From contig MU058452.1 in NCBI GenBank assembly GCA_013265495.1, forward strand, positions 62,001 through 126,000: a stretch of DNA of 64,000 nucleotides. Direction: 5' to 3'. The translations under genes and the position numbers were made by a program. The DNA is from Vicugna vicugna (Eukaryota). The notes below the pieces were generated by a model that saw only the letters and a program-made list of their open reading frames with translations, searched no databases and had not been told where the DNA came from. Of the stretch, positions 50,401-62,784 are shown one piece after another (position 1 is the first letter of the stretch; the number at the start of each line of letters is the position of its first letter).

Positions 50401-52649
50401 GTGTCTGTAGCTTTTACTCTGTTCCTTCCTCATCAACCATTCTCTCGACCCCAGACCTTGAACAAGAAGGCAAAACCAGACCGTGTCAGGTTGTCTTCAG
50501 CACATAGTCATTGTTTACTATTAATGAATCAGCAAGATGTTCGCATATTAAGAGTACAGATAGAATTCCATATTAAATACAGGAGGCCCCAGGATATGGC
50601 CCATCTATAAGGATTTCTATAATTGTCCTTATCATGCATAAATGATGTGGATTATGAATGTCGGAAAGATGATGGCAATTTAAGATTAGTTACAATTTAT
50701 CGCTTTATATTAGAATATTATTAAGATAGCATAATATTAGTAACGTTATTATGTCACTTTAGAATTTAGAAAGCACATTGTGTCCAGTATCCCATTGTCA
50801 TAGCAGCATCTTTGTCATGACAAAATCTCATGTTGCATGGAAGACTCAGGAATCCAGAGACGTTATACACCAACTGGGTCATATGTCTCCAAAGACTGTG
50901 GTCCAAAGACTGTGATCCAAAGCTGGGCATTCTGAATCAGCCAGGAACATATGTAATTTTCAGCTTTTCTCAATTCTTTTTTGATTCTCTGAGTCATCAA
51001 ACAATACTTTCAAGTAACTTTCGATAGGCTTTGTCTTCTGTTTACAGGCACTGGACAACCAGTGAGTGTAAGTTCCAAATTTAATTTAGACCACTAATGT
51101 CTAAGGGCTGTTTTGAGGATATGATGGATATTTAATAAAACTTGGGGATAACTTGACACCTAAAATACAACCCAGGTTGTATCTGTCCCCACTATGGAAA
51201 CAGTGTCACTTAAGTTCTGGAGATGTCTCCTGAAATTCTAGAAGACAAAATCTGTTGGTGGAGACAGGTGGGAGAACAAACTGAAGCTATGGCAAATATC
51301 TACTGAATAAATACTTCTCCGACAACAGTCTTTGCTGAGCTGATTGACTCGAACAATAGTGACTGTCTCATAAATTCTCCTGATAGCACTACACATATGT
51401 GTGTTGGTCATGGGTATGGTCAGATGCATTCCTGGAAAAAAATTACATCTAAGTCATCCCTTAGCATAGCTCCTGGCACAGAGGAGAGAAGTCATACATA
51501 TTCGATTTACTAATCAACATGAGTACATCTCTTTTTGTTGGAACTGGGGATGCTTACCTCTTGAAGTAATTCCAGAGGAAATGTGTTATAAAGCAATAAC
51601 TCCCACTCTTCTGTCAAAGTGTTGGTTTTATCATTTCACATGATTACATATGAATTTGTAGTGGGCTGCATTTGAAATTACTATGCTGAGAAACAAATGC
51701 TCTACTTAATTGGCACCTGCAGTGCAACTTTTCAATCAATTTGTATTTTTTACGGAGGCAAAGGCACCACTTACAGAATATAGGTGACATTTGCAACATT
51801 AATGAATCCGTGAAAATGTTGGTGTTTCTTAAGAAACTAGGCAGAAGGAACGTATCAAAAGTTGCATAAGCATTTTCTGTCTGTGCAGAATGAATGAGTT
51901 GAGTCAGAGAGTTGTAGCTCAGTCAATCATCAAACTGGAGGATGTTTCACTGGAACATCTGATTGCTCAGAAGGTCAGAGTTGGGTGTACCCAACTTTTG
52001 CATCCTCCAGATTTGGCACACAGTGATGCCTATGAAGAGGGAATTGGACTCAACTCGAGTCAACTCAGTTATTGACTGGGTTATTTGCATCAGTGATCAG
52101 TTTTCACACAATCAAATGGACCAACCATTTGGCAATTCAAAGTGGATATTAATATAGTGTAATATTTGGGGCTGGAGTTTTGAGGGGAAATTGAAATGAC
52201 CATTTTTCTCCTTCTGTCTAATTTTTAAATTGATTTTCATGCAATGACCAATGTTGTTAATTTTTTTAAACTATTTTATTCTGTTTATTGTTAGATGGTA
52301 AGTTGAAGAGTAATTTTGCTTTATTTTAGAAGTGTTTATGTATTTTCCATTAAAACAATTAGATTTTTTTATTGCAGTAATATCCTTCCACATGTTTCCG
52401 CATAGTCACCAAGTTTTCCCTTTAAAATGACTCAAAAATTCAGCCCTCCTGTTTCATTCCTGTAGCATCTATGCTGACCTATATCTTTCTGTCAGTATTT
52501 GGTCTACTGTTAAGGCCTAGTGAAAAGTCTGCTCTCTATTGCTTTTCCCATCAACCTTAAATACCATCTTATCCTTTTTGTCATTCACTCTCCTGCTCAA
52601 TCTTCTGTAGGCCACTTTTTTCCACACCAGCTTTGTGAGTAGAGTTCAT

Positions 52650-53650
52650 GCGTTCATTCATGTGTTCATTTACCCACTTATCCAATAAATAGTCTATGAG
52701 CACCAACTACAATGTCAAGATAGTAGGCATTGTGTGAACTGCAAATAACAAGTTATGGTTTCTAACCCCACAAGGTTTAAACTCTAGTCAAGGGGATGAG
52801 ACCCATATAAATAGCTTTAGTGTCATGGTCCTAGGATCCGCCTGCTTGGGGTAGAAACAAGGACACTCAACTCATTAGCTGTATCTTTGGCTAGTTTCCT
52901 TATCCCAACTGTGCCTCAGTTTCCACATCTGCAAAGTGAGGTGAATGATACTACTTATTTCTAGGGTTTATTGGAAGGATTAAGTGAGAAAATACATGGA
53001 AAGCCTTAGAACATCCTGGATTAGCAAAAACACTCAAAACAAGTTAAATAAAATAATTAAAGGGAGGAGAATAAATAAAGAATAATAAAGAATTCAAGAA
53101 ATTTTGAAACAAACCAAAGGGACAGAGGAAAGGTGGGAGCTGAGATCTTTGCAAGATCACAGAGAAGGGGGAAGCTTTCCACAGGTGGGTGCTTACAGGG
53201 GACCTCCTGGCCACAGTGGTGTTGGAGCTGTGGCTGGAGGGATGGATCAGAATATGACTGAGAGGTGAAGTCTGAGGCTATTCAAGGCCTGGACTGAGCC
53301 AGTACACTCTCCTGAGGAGTACTCATCACTCATTGCACCAGGTCACTCCTGCGGGACAGTCCACACACTACTTTCTGTGGCCTGGAAGCCCACAGTGTCC
53401 CTTTATCTGGCTTACTGCTGGGCTTTCTAGAGACATCTTTGTTGAGTGGAGAACATTCAGACTTTATCAGGAGTCACTGCACCCAACCCCCTCCTCCTTC
53501 ACTGACCTCCTTGTGCTGCTGCATTGCATTGAAAGAAAATGCCTGTGAATGTCCCATTAGACTGTTAGTCACTTGAGGTCAAATCCCCTGTCTTTGTAGT
53601 CCAGCACTGCCTGCCATAACGTAGAGTCTCAAGAAATGTGTGTTGATCTA
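52650..53650. mobile_element. Cluster of L2 fragments with a + strand MIR at about 52815-53045
   Basis: Antisense L2 tail (ttcattca..tccaataaata); MIR core ctgtgcctcagtttccacatctgcaaagtgagg; sense L2 tail ctcaagaaatgtgtgttga. Confidence 0.7.
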
Positions 53651-55989
53651 AAGAATATCACAAGTAATCGGGTTATCACAAAGTCATGGTGGACTACGGG
53701 ACCCCATAACCTGGTCTACTGTGGGCTTTCCAGTAATTCTGTCCCTTTCCCAGGCCATGATCATTTACTTTGGAGTGAAGGTGGCTCTCTGAACCCCACT
53801 GCCAATTCCTTTGAAATTTCAAGAGAAAACTAGTTGTCTTCAGTGGGATTTCCTATGTGATTTCACTTTGTGGGGTCGGCAGGGTTGGGGGGTGGGTCAT
53901 CACATTTTAATGTCAGAGAATTTCTTCTACTGGAGGAATGTTCCAAGGTTTACCAAATTTGAATTGGCTTTGAATAAGACTCCATACCTCTAAACATTGG
54001 GGGTGGAGGGCAGTTTTGGGGGAGCCTTCTCTAGGTGAAGCAAAGAGTGAAAGACATAATGTGAAAGGGTTCAAGGGTTCCTTGCCTCTTGAACTTGAAC
54101 TCTTCCTCTTGCCTTGCCTCTTCATCTGTCCTGGTACACTAGAGAAAGACAGCAACTAGCTTTTTAAACAATTTTTACTCTGATATACACACATACACAC
54201 ACACCTATCTCAAAAGCATGAAAGATTGAAATAATACAAAAAAAAACCCTTTTCTGTCTCTGTTATATTTTAGAACCAAATGGAGTTCAAGTACATTTTT
54301 CATGCTTACTTTCCTTTCATATAATGCATTAAATAAGTCACTAATGCCTCTCAGACAGAGTCAGAAATTGCATTCCTGTAACGGAGGTCACAATCTCATT
54401 GAAGAGTTGTGATTCGTGGATTGATTTATATCATTTCTTTATTCACTTCTTTTTCATTTATTTCTTTTCTTCCTTGACCCAGAGAAGAGGCCACCAACTA
54501 ACAAAAGCCCCAGTGCCATTGAAACTTGGGATGCATAATACTGGCCCACATTAGCAAGTTGAGAACCCTATCTCTACACTGTTGAGTAAAAAAATTATAG
54601 AATAAAAAATAAAGAGGTTATCAGTCATACAATTTGTCTTCTCTAGTGATGCAGATTAAATGGTTATAACTTTGCTGGACTCCAATCGACTTGACATCTG
54701 TCAAAAGGTTGGGGTCATCTTTCTTCCATTAGCAAGGGTCTCCATTTCAACGGTCCCCTCCATACCCATATTCATGTCAGGTATAATTGTCTGCTTCTTG
54801 TCAATCTTCCCTGTGAATGTGATCAGCAAGTGCTGAAACTCGCCATCTTTCTCTTCTGTGTGTTGCCAAGAGAAAATGCTGGCTCTTTTCAGGGACACAA
54901 GAGCCAAGAGCCAAAGGGAAGACAGAGCCTGGACCCTTTGTCATCTCATGTTCTCTTTTATTTAGTTTCCAACTCAGAAGCTTCCTATTATGCCGACCTC
55001 TAAAATACAGAATGGCTTTGCAACTAAGATGCTGTCAATGCTTCAACTCCAAGGCTCCATTTGTGGGTATTATCTGTCTCACCCTAAACCGTTTTGGTAG
55101 ACGGTAAAACTTCCAAACGTGCAAAATGAGGCCAGGCACTGCGTGGACATAGTTCGTCTCTGGAAATGATGAGTAGACTTTTGCATCTAGTTTCAGTGCA
55201 GAGAAGGGCCCCATTTTGATATACTCGACCCCATCACCCCAGCCTTGGCTACAATGCAGCTGTGTAGGCTTAAAACACATTTGTGATAAACCCACAAATC
55301 ATGTATCTGTTGTAGACTTCAAAACGTTGTCTACAACAGCGAAGGGACTGAAATACAAGTTCTTAATCCACACTTCTTACTGATGTTTGACTGATCCTGG
55401 GATTCCTTCAGAAGGAACAGGAGGCTCTATGTGAATCGATTGTCCGTTCCCTTCATATGTGGGATCGAACTCCAGAGTTTATATTAGATCCTCTATTTTC
55501 CCCAAAATGCATGAATCTGAAAATCTTGTTGGATAGCTACTAAATCAATAGCATATGATAAAGGGTGTGGTTAGAAGAGGAAAACCACATGTCCAGTTTG
55601 CATTTTGAAACAAAAGGCTGACCTTTAACCACGAGAGTCCCCTGGGTACTTCTTACCCAGAAAATCTCCCACTAAATCATGTTCACACTATTTACGAATG
55701 CTCTGTGCTTTTTTTTCTAAACATAAAAGCAAAGTCAAAGTGGCTGAAGAATCCTTATCTAAGCAGTTCCAGCGAGTAACTGTACAATTTACGCACGATA
55801 TAGGTTTTTATTCGTGCGATTTCTAGGCTTATTCCGATGTGTTTATAGTTGCATTTGTATCTTTAATTCATAGAGTCAGTGGTAAGAAATGAATAAAAAA
55901 GCTTGGTGGAGGCAAACATAACATAGCTAACAAATATAATGTTTTTCCCCCCATTGGTATAGGAGAGGAAGCCCTGAAATTGACATGAT

Positions 55990-56232
55990 ACATTATTAAA
56001 TATTATATTTATTAAATATGTATTTGTTATATGCATATTTCATATAATATGTATATATACATATGCATATATCAAATATGCATATACCGCACTGTATATA
56101 CTATATATATGTAACTGTATATGTGCAGGTGCTATATATATCACTTAATTAAATACATATTTATGTTTAATAAAATATGTAATACATATTGAATAAAATA
56201 TAAATATATATGTTATATAATACATATTTGAA
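55990..56232. repeat. AT-rich degenerate (TA)n/(TATG)n low-complexity tract
   Basis: Direct reading. Confidence 0.85.
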
Positions 56233-58149
56233 CAAATAAGTATCTTTGGTGAAGCATATTCCAGAAAAACAATGGCTGCTTGACACTGGGCAAAAACTTC
56301 TCTTGGACATGAATTGCCCTGAATTATGAGCGGTGTATTTCCACAAGCCAGGATTCCCCAACCACGATCCCCCTCAGTCCAAACACATATACTGTGTTTT
56401 AAAATTATTCTGCCACTTCTGTTCGGTTGAGTTTGTTCACTGCCAAATCACTGAGTCATGCCCCCTTCCTCCTCCTCTGAAGTCTGTGCCAAGTTCTGTC
56501 TCTGAGGCAAAGCAGAAATAAACACCTTTCACTAGCTCTTCAGTGTCGTGATAAAGTATGAGGGCCCCCTCTCTCACTATCTGCAGAGCAAACTCAGAAA
56601 ACATCCCTTTCTGGATTTTCTGCTTTTCTCATTCTATTTTCTCCCGGAATCTGTTTGCAAAACATTTTATGGAATTGGCAAGTTATTTGCACTGCTTTTG
56701 CACTGCAGTCTGCCTAATTCAATTGCAATTATTTGTAAACTGCCACCATAACTCTTTCTTGGCTAATGTCTGCAAACTGTTTACTAAACAATAAACTTAA
56801 TCATGCATTCATTGTTGCAAATGTCTCCAAATGGCTTCAGCGTAGAGCTGACTTGACATTTTTGCCTATTTGCAAAGCCACGAAGGAGGTTTTCTGAACA
56901 GACACTAAGTTCTACAACATTTAGTCAGTCTACTTCCTGCACCTCCACTGATCTGTGGCAAATTGGGATGGCTGCTCTTTGGGGTCAGCCGATGTGCTGT
57001 GGCAATGCTGGTAGATTCAGAGCCACCTGGGATGGAGATAGTGCACTGGTCGCAGTGAAGGATGAGAAAATATGACAGCATGGCACAGACAGTGGTCAGG
57101 TTAGAGAAATATTACACAAGTATTCACTTAACATATTAACCAAGTATCTATTATATTTAAAGACCCTGCGTGAGACTCCTTGAGAGGTGCAGGCTGTGAA
57201 GACAATGGCTCTGCCCATGGGGGAGCTGATGGGATGTGCCGATGAGAGAAAGATGGGGGGGGGGGACTCAGAGTGCTATTAATACCAATGGACAAATTAG
57301 GATGAGAAAATTATTTGGGGAGGCAGGTGAGAAATATAGCTTTCAATATCTTGGTTTGAGCCAGCAACAGCCTAATTGGGCAAAATAGTTTATCAAAAAT
57401 GTATAGCCTGAAATGGAGCATGAGAACACAGGGAAGGGCTGGCGGGCGACACTGGCTTGGGAGCACCGATTATAGGGGTGTGTCTGCCTCTGTGAGAATG
57501 AGCAGGGTTTCTCCTTGAAGGAGGTTGGAGAGGACAGGCAGACTCTTGGAGTGCCGAGTAGGAAGATGAAAACTTAGTGAATGATAAAGGAAAGAATGGT
57601 AGAAAGACATCCCAGTTGTTACACTGTCATAAAAATGATGGGAGCATTTCAAGAAGACTGGGGTGGTCCAAGGTCCACTGGTGGGGCAGGGCTGCTGCAG
57701 GTACATTGAGAACAATGAGAAGAGCCTGCTGAGTTTGTGATGAAGTAGGGCTAGAAGATCCAGCTGAAAATGCTGGGATGGAGGATGAGGGGCACTGAGG
57801 AAGCCAGTGTGAGCACCAGGAGATGCCCGTGTACTGGAGAATTCCAGCTGTGAAAAGGCGGTAAAGGCTAGGTAACAACCAGTGCAGATTCTACAATTTG
57901 CCCATTTTTCACCTCCTCACAATCTTGGTTCAGGTCATTTCACCTAAACCATCCTAAGTCTCTGCTTCTGCACTTACTAAATGAATGAGAAAAAAACAGA
58001 GCGATCGGAAGAGAATTTCCATACATTTCAGTCCATGTCTGTATTCATTGCAGTCCATCTACCTTTCCTCTTGTTGCTGTGGACGAATGGTCTAAACTCC
58101 TCAGCCAAGCCAACCTCTTGTGTGCCCACGTCCCATCCAGCCACTCCCC

Positions 58150-58670
58150 CCTCTCTCCCGCACCCCCATTTCCCCTCGTTTGTACATGAAAACACTAATT
58201 TGTCACCCTCCAGGGACTCCACGTCTTTCTCCAGGTCCTGCTCCGTCTCTCTGTCTATCCTTTTGCTGCCTCCAAGTCACCTCTTTCTGGAATTCAGTCA
58301 AATCTGCGTCTCACACTGTACCTCCTTGCTGAAACAGCTCTTATCAAGGTCAACCATGACTTAAATTCCTGAGCCAGTTCAGTTCTTGGTCTACACATTT
58401 GATCATTCCCTCTTCTGGTTTCCAGAACACCATGTTCTCTTAGTTCTCCCCCTGCATCACTGGACACTACTTCCATCTAGTTGCTGGTACCACCTCATCC
58501 TTCTGACATCGAACCATTAGAATGCCCCAGACAGCGGTCTTTTGACTTCTCATCTCTGTTTCATTTTGACTTCCTACCTGATTCCAACCTGCCTTTGGCT
58601 TTAAATGTCACCTAAATACTGATGCCTCCAAAATCTCCAGCCTGGACTTCTACCCTCACCTCCAGATACT
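58150..58670 (+). mobile_element. L2 LINE internal fragment
   Basis: ctgaaacagctcttatcaaggtcaaccatgac..tggctttaaatgtcacctaaatactgatgcctccaaaatctccagcctggac. Confidence 0.75.
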
Positions 58671-59179
58671 ATGCTTCATCAGTGGCAGGGTGGGACATCG
58701 ACTAGGGGACTCTCCCTGGGTGGGATGGGGCATAGGGACCGTGTTTCTCAGGACCAGCTGATGGGAGGGATTCCTAAGTTGGGGGAAGCTAAATCCAACA
58801 AGCTGATCAGAGTTAAAAGATAAAATGGGTCATCAGAACCAAAGGTTCAGAATTAGATCAAGGAAGAACCATGGCTGGTACTAGATTCCTAAGAAGGTAG
58901 TATTTAAGTCGAGCGCGAAGCAGACAGGGTGGTAGATTATTTTCAAAAAAATTAAACAACAACAACAACAAAAACCAATCAGCAGCATTTCTGATATAAT
59001 GGAGAACGGATTCTAGGCCTAAAACCTAGGCTCTAGTTTTGGCGTTTAGATATAAAGAAATACGGAGCATTGACTATACTGTGTGTCCCAGCTTGAAATC
59101 ATATTCCTTCAGTCCCAGGCACAAAGCTCTACCCGGAGTAACCGATTCTGACCCAGTATGAGTGTCTGACTGCAAGAGA

Positions 59180-60200
59180 GAAGTTGACGTCAGTGAAAGC
59201 TCTGCAAAGCCGGAGTCCTGATTGGCCAGTTCTGTGGAGGCCTCATCTGGGAAACCCACCACCAGGTTTCCCAAGCCATTCCATTTGGAATCGGATATTT
59301 TCCTCTCATAAAACTGGCCACAAATGCAACTCATAAAGTGCCCGGAACAGCTCTGCCAAACCAACCAGAAAGCTCAAGCCGTCTTGGCTTTCTGAGAACG
59401 CCTGCTATATAATGAGAAACATGAGCCTCCCAGCCTCCACGTGCAGGCTCCCGTCGGACGGGAACGAGCACTTCGTCCTCCCAGAGCATCCCTTCCCTGC
59501 CACGATGACCACCAGCACATCCTCGCGGGCGCCCAACCGCAGCTTAGAAACCACCGCCCGTCGGTTCTCACTGGTCCCCAACCCAGGGGACAAACTTCTG
59601 CTCCGAAAATGTTAAAAGTGCGTAATCCAAGGTCATTTTAAAAAACGGGACACTTACTTGAATCAATGTCTTCTTGAGGCTTTTGAAAGGTGCAGCAGGC
59701 ATAAAATTTAATATTGATTGTTGGGGCGCATTCCAGTCCCCCTTTCAGAGGCATTTCAGAATGACAAACAATCTGTTTTGACCTGTGCTGGGCTCGTCTA
59801 CTGGACACGCACGGGTCCCGGGTCCTCTTAGTGGAGCTGAGCTTTCTTTTTTCTGTCCACTTCTCTCAGTTGTTTCTCCCCTCCTTCAATTTCTTGGTTC
59901 CCGCTGTCCCCTTCTGCTCGCTCCTCTCAGCTCCTGTTCTAATTTCAGCCGTCATTTCCCCTGCTCTCCCGAGTGCGCTGAGCGCCTGTTCTAATTTTTC
60001 ATGTCTTCTCCCAGGGCCGCCCTCCTTTCCGTCTCTCTGACCCTCTCCTGCTCGCCTTCCCTTTCCTCTGACTCTTACTCTTCCACGTCCCACCGGAGGC
60101 TTTGCCTCGGGTTTTGCAGCAGCTTCCGTCCTCTGCACGCTGTTTAACGCAGCCAAGAATAGGTGTCCGACCAGCTCAGCATAAGTCCCAGACTCGCAGG
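59180..60200. promoter_or_regulatory. Promoter-like module (CRE, CCAAT, TATA-like, E-box) with weak CpG island
   Basis: TGACGTCA 59185-59192; CTGATTGGCC about 59218-59227; TATATAA 59406-59412; CACGTG 59438-59443; elevated CpG about 59380-60200. Confidence 0.55.
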
Positions 60201-62314
60201 AAAAACAATCAGGTTTTTTTTTTCCACGTTCTTTGAAACCCAAATCTGAATCCCATCTCCCCTAAATATTCCCTTCCCCACCCCCTCTTCAAGATTCTCC
60301 TTGCAGTGGGAATTCATCTAAGATGATTTCTTTTTATATTCCTTGGTTGACAAGGGCAAAATACCGGGTGTTGATCTGAGAACTCTGATTCCGCTCCAGT
60401 TCTGCTCCAATTTTATTTTCTGAAGAAGTTGTGACGGAGCAGATATCTTCCGCGGTGAGCCCATCGTCCATTCCAACAATGCTTAAATGGATGACTCAGT
60501 TAAGGACATGTTTTATAAAGTGACATTTCTCAGGGGGTCCTTCTCCCCTCTCAGGTGCGCAGAGAAACAATGTGAACGATTTGCATTATTCTCAAACTGT
60601 CTCATTCAGGGTGTATATTGGCAAACGATCTCGGTGGAATTTTGAACACACTGGTCTGTCCGACAAGGAATGAAATTCTCAACAAATATGGTGCTGGGAC
60701 ACAGAATGGGATTCATAGTTACCTCGGATATCCAGACTGCTTAAGACAAGGATAGGAGGAGATTCTTCTTACCCATTTGTTCTTAAGGGCACAAACCCTC
60801 CTCATATAAATTCTCCCAGCTTTGGGGATCTGAATAATTCCATATTAAAGAATAAGCTTGTGCCCCTATTAAAGATGACAGAGTCTGTGTCAGGAGACAT
60901 TTTGATTTCTGGGTTATTATCCGAGGCTGAGGGCGTCTTCTAGACTTAGAATTTTCCCATCACTTGCCGGCAAATTAAAATAACAGCCAACCACCCAGCT
61001 GCTTCCAGGAGACGGTTTTCATTTCATGTCTTTGGCCAGTGGTTCTTGTCTGAAACATAACGTTTTACATTTGTTGGGGCTATATACCTATGTAAAGGAG
61101 GAGAAGGTTTGTGTTGCAAAGGTCAGAGTTGAAAATCGTACGTGTTGCATCTCATGCCTTCAAGGAGCCACTGACAGTCTTTCCGGAACTAATTTTGCTG
61201 TGCTTTAAGAAATTCCGGATGACACGATTCTCCTGGGTCTGTGCTATTGTTTCTATCTTTGCAGATGGCAAATGGAAGTTTGAGGTTATGACATTCAACC
61301 CACATTGACTCAGTAAACTTTCTGTGTGTCCACTTTGCACCCAGCGCTGTGAGGATGGGCGTGGAGACCTCAAAGATGAATAAGCCTGAATCCTTCTCTG
61401 GAGGTGACGGCAGCTAAAGGTCATGTCAGAGGTCAACCCAAAAGTCTTAGCCTCATCTGAAAAATCTTAATCCCAAATACCCTACTCTACACAATAACCC
61501 TGGCATTAGCCCTCTCCAGGGCATCTGACTTCTCAAAAAAAAAAAAAATAGCATTAAACACATGAATCAAAGGCTATCCAGAGGCGACCTTTTTAATTCA
61601 CTGCTTATAAAATGGAAGGGATATATACAAACTTTTCAAGTACTTAGTGCAGAGAAAAAAAGGATGAAGTACACATTTTTCCCCATGGAAGTTTCTGATT
61701 TTCTCTGCTTCTAATTAAGTTTTTTTTTTTTTAAGTCTCTAGATTGTTGTTGTTTCCATGGGGATGCATGGAAAACCAAAACCGTGGGGTAGGGGGAGGA
61801 CATAGCTCTGCAGGGACACAGGAAATGATGAGAACCCTTGGTTGCCCTCTCTGCAGTGAAGGAGTTGACCAAAGAGCCATCACCCCGCTGTCTGCCGTGT
61901 AAGCCACCTGCAGGAACGGCAGGGGTCAGAGTGGAAAAGAAGGTGTGCCTTGCGTCCAGAGTGAGAAGGAGAAAGTCAGTGCACACAGCATCTCCAGATG
62001 AGAAGGAAAACCACTGAGACTGCCGAGTGGTTCAGTTCCTCTTTTCTCTCTTCAGCTGTCTGTGAGGATTAAGACGAAAATATTCTCCAGAGCAGGAGTG
62101 CCAACTACCTTTCCCATAAACGTGGGATTTCCTGGAGCAGCCACGGGGGCTGAAGAAGGCCCTGGGAGGGACTCCATCAGAATTTCTTTCCTCTTCTATA
62201 AACTCGGGTTAAACTTACTGTATGCTTTAAAGAAAAGGCTCTAGCTAAAAACAAATTTTGAAAATGATCGACCCAGGGACTTCTTGCTGCTACATCCTGA
62301 AATATCCATACAAT

Positions 62315-62784
62315 TGTACGCTGAAAAACGCACAACCTGAAAGTTGAGTGTTATATTTTATTCTGCAGACTTTCTGAAGATTCAAATCAGACCCTCTAAG
62401 AGACTGCTCCAAAGTGGCAGAGGAGGAGCCAGGATATATAGGATTTTTGCCACAGAGGCCAGGTAGTTGGAACATCAAAAGATGATTGTTAATTAGAGAA
62501 ACCCAGATATCTCAAGTCAAGGAATTTACCACTTTCTATATATGGGAAGGTGCAAAGGTCTGGGCTCATTGAAATCACTCCTTTGATATGCACTTGGCTA
62601 CCTAGGGCCAGTGTCCTGTTCTTTCCCATCCTGAGTTTCCTCGGGGGGCACCACTGGAGGATGCCTGCTTGTCTCCATCCTGAGTTCCCTCTGCTCACTG
62701 TCACGGGTGGTGGTAGCGGCTGATGACTTGATGGACACAGCATCCTTTGTTTACTGGTGTGGCTGGCAATATTTTTTATTCACA
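62315..62784 (-). mobile_element. ERV1 (MER4-group-like) solo LTR (family B, copy 2)
   Basis: Reverse complement starts tgtgaataaaaaatattgccagccacaccagtaaacaaaggatgctg and shares ttcaatgagcccag, aacttgagat, atgttccaactacctgg with 33655-34143; no clean TSD. Confidence 0.88.

Noticed and set aside
50888..50922. About 2.5 copies of a 14-bp unit (tccaaagactgtg) as a CRISPR-like or functional array
   Set aside because: No spacers; simple local tandem duplication, apparently inside a decayed MIR
54701..55295. Two protein-like minus-strand ORFs (68 and 86 aa) as exons or a pseudogene
   Set aside because: No family recognised, splice signals weak, no poly-A/TSD; a tBLASTx search would be needed to revive this
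59866..60243. 125-aa minus-strand Arg/Gly/Lys/Glu-rich ORF
   Set aside because: Non-ATG start; composition is explained by the pyrimidine-rich + strand; no homology recognised
33655..62784. Family B LTR copies as ends of one element
   Set aside because: Opposite orientation, 28 kb apart, diverged, and copy 1 has its own TSD
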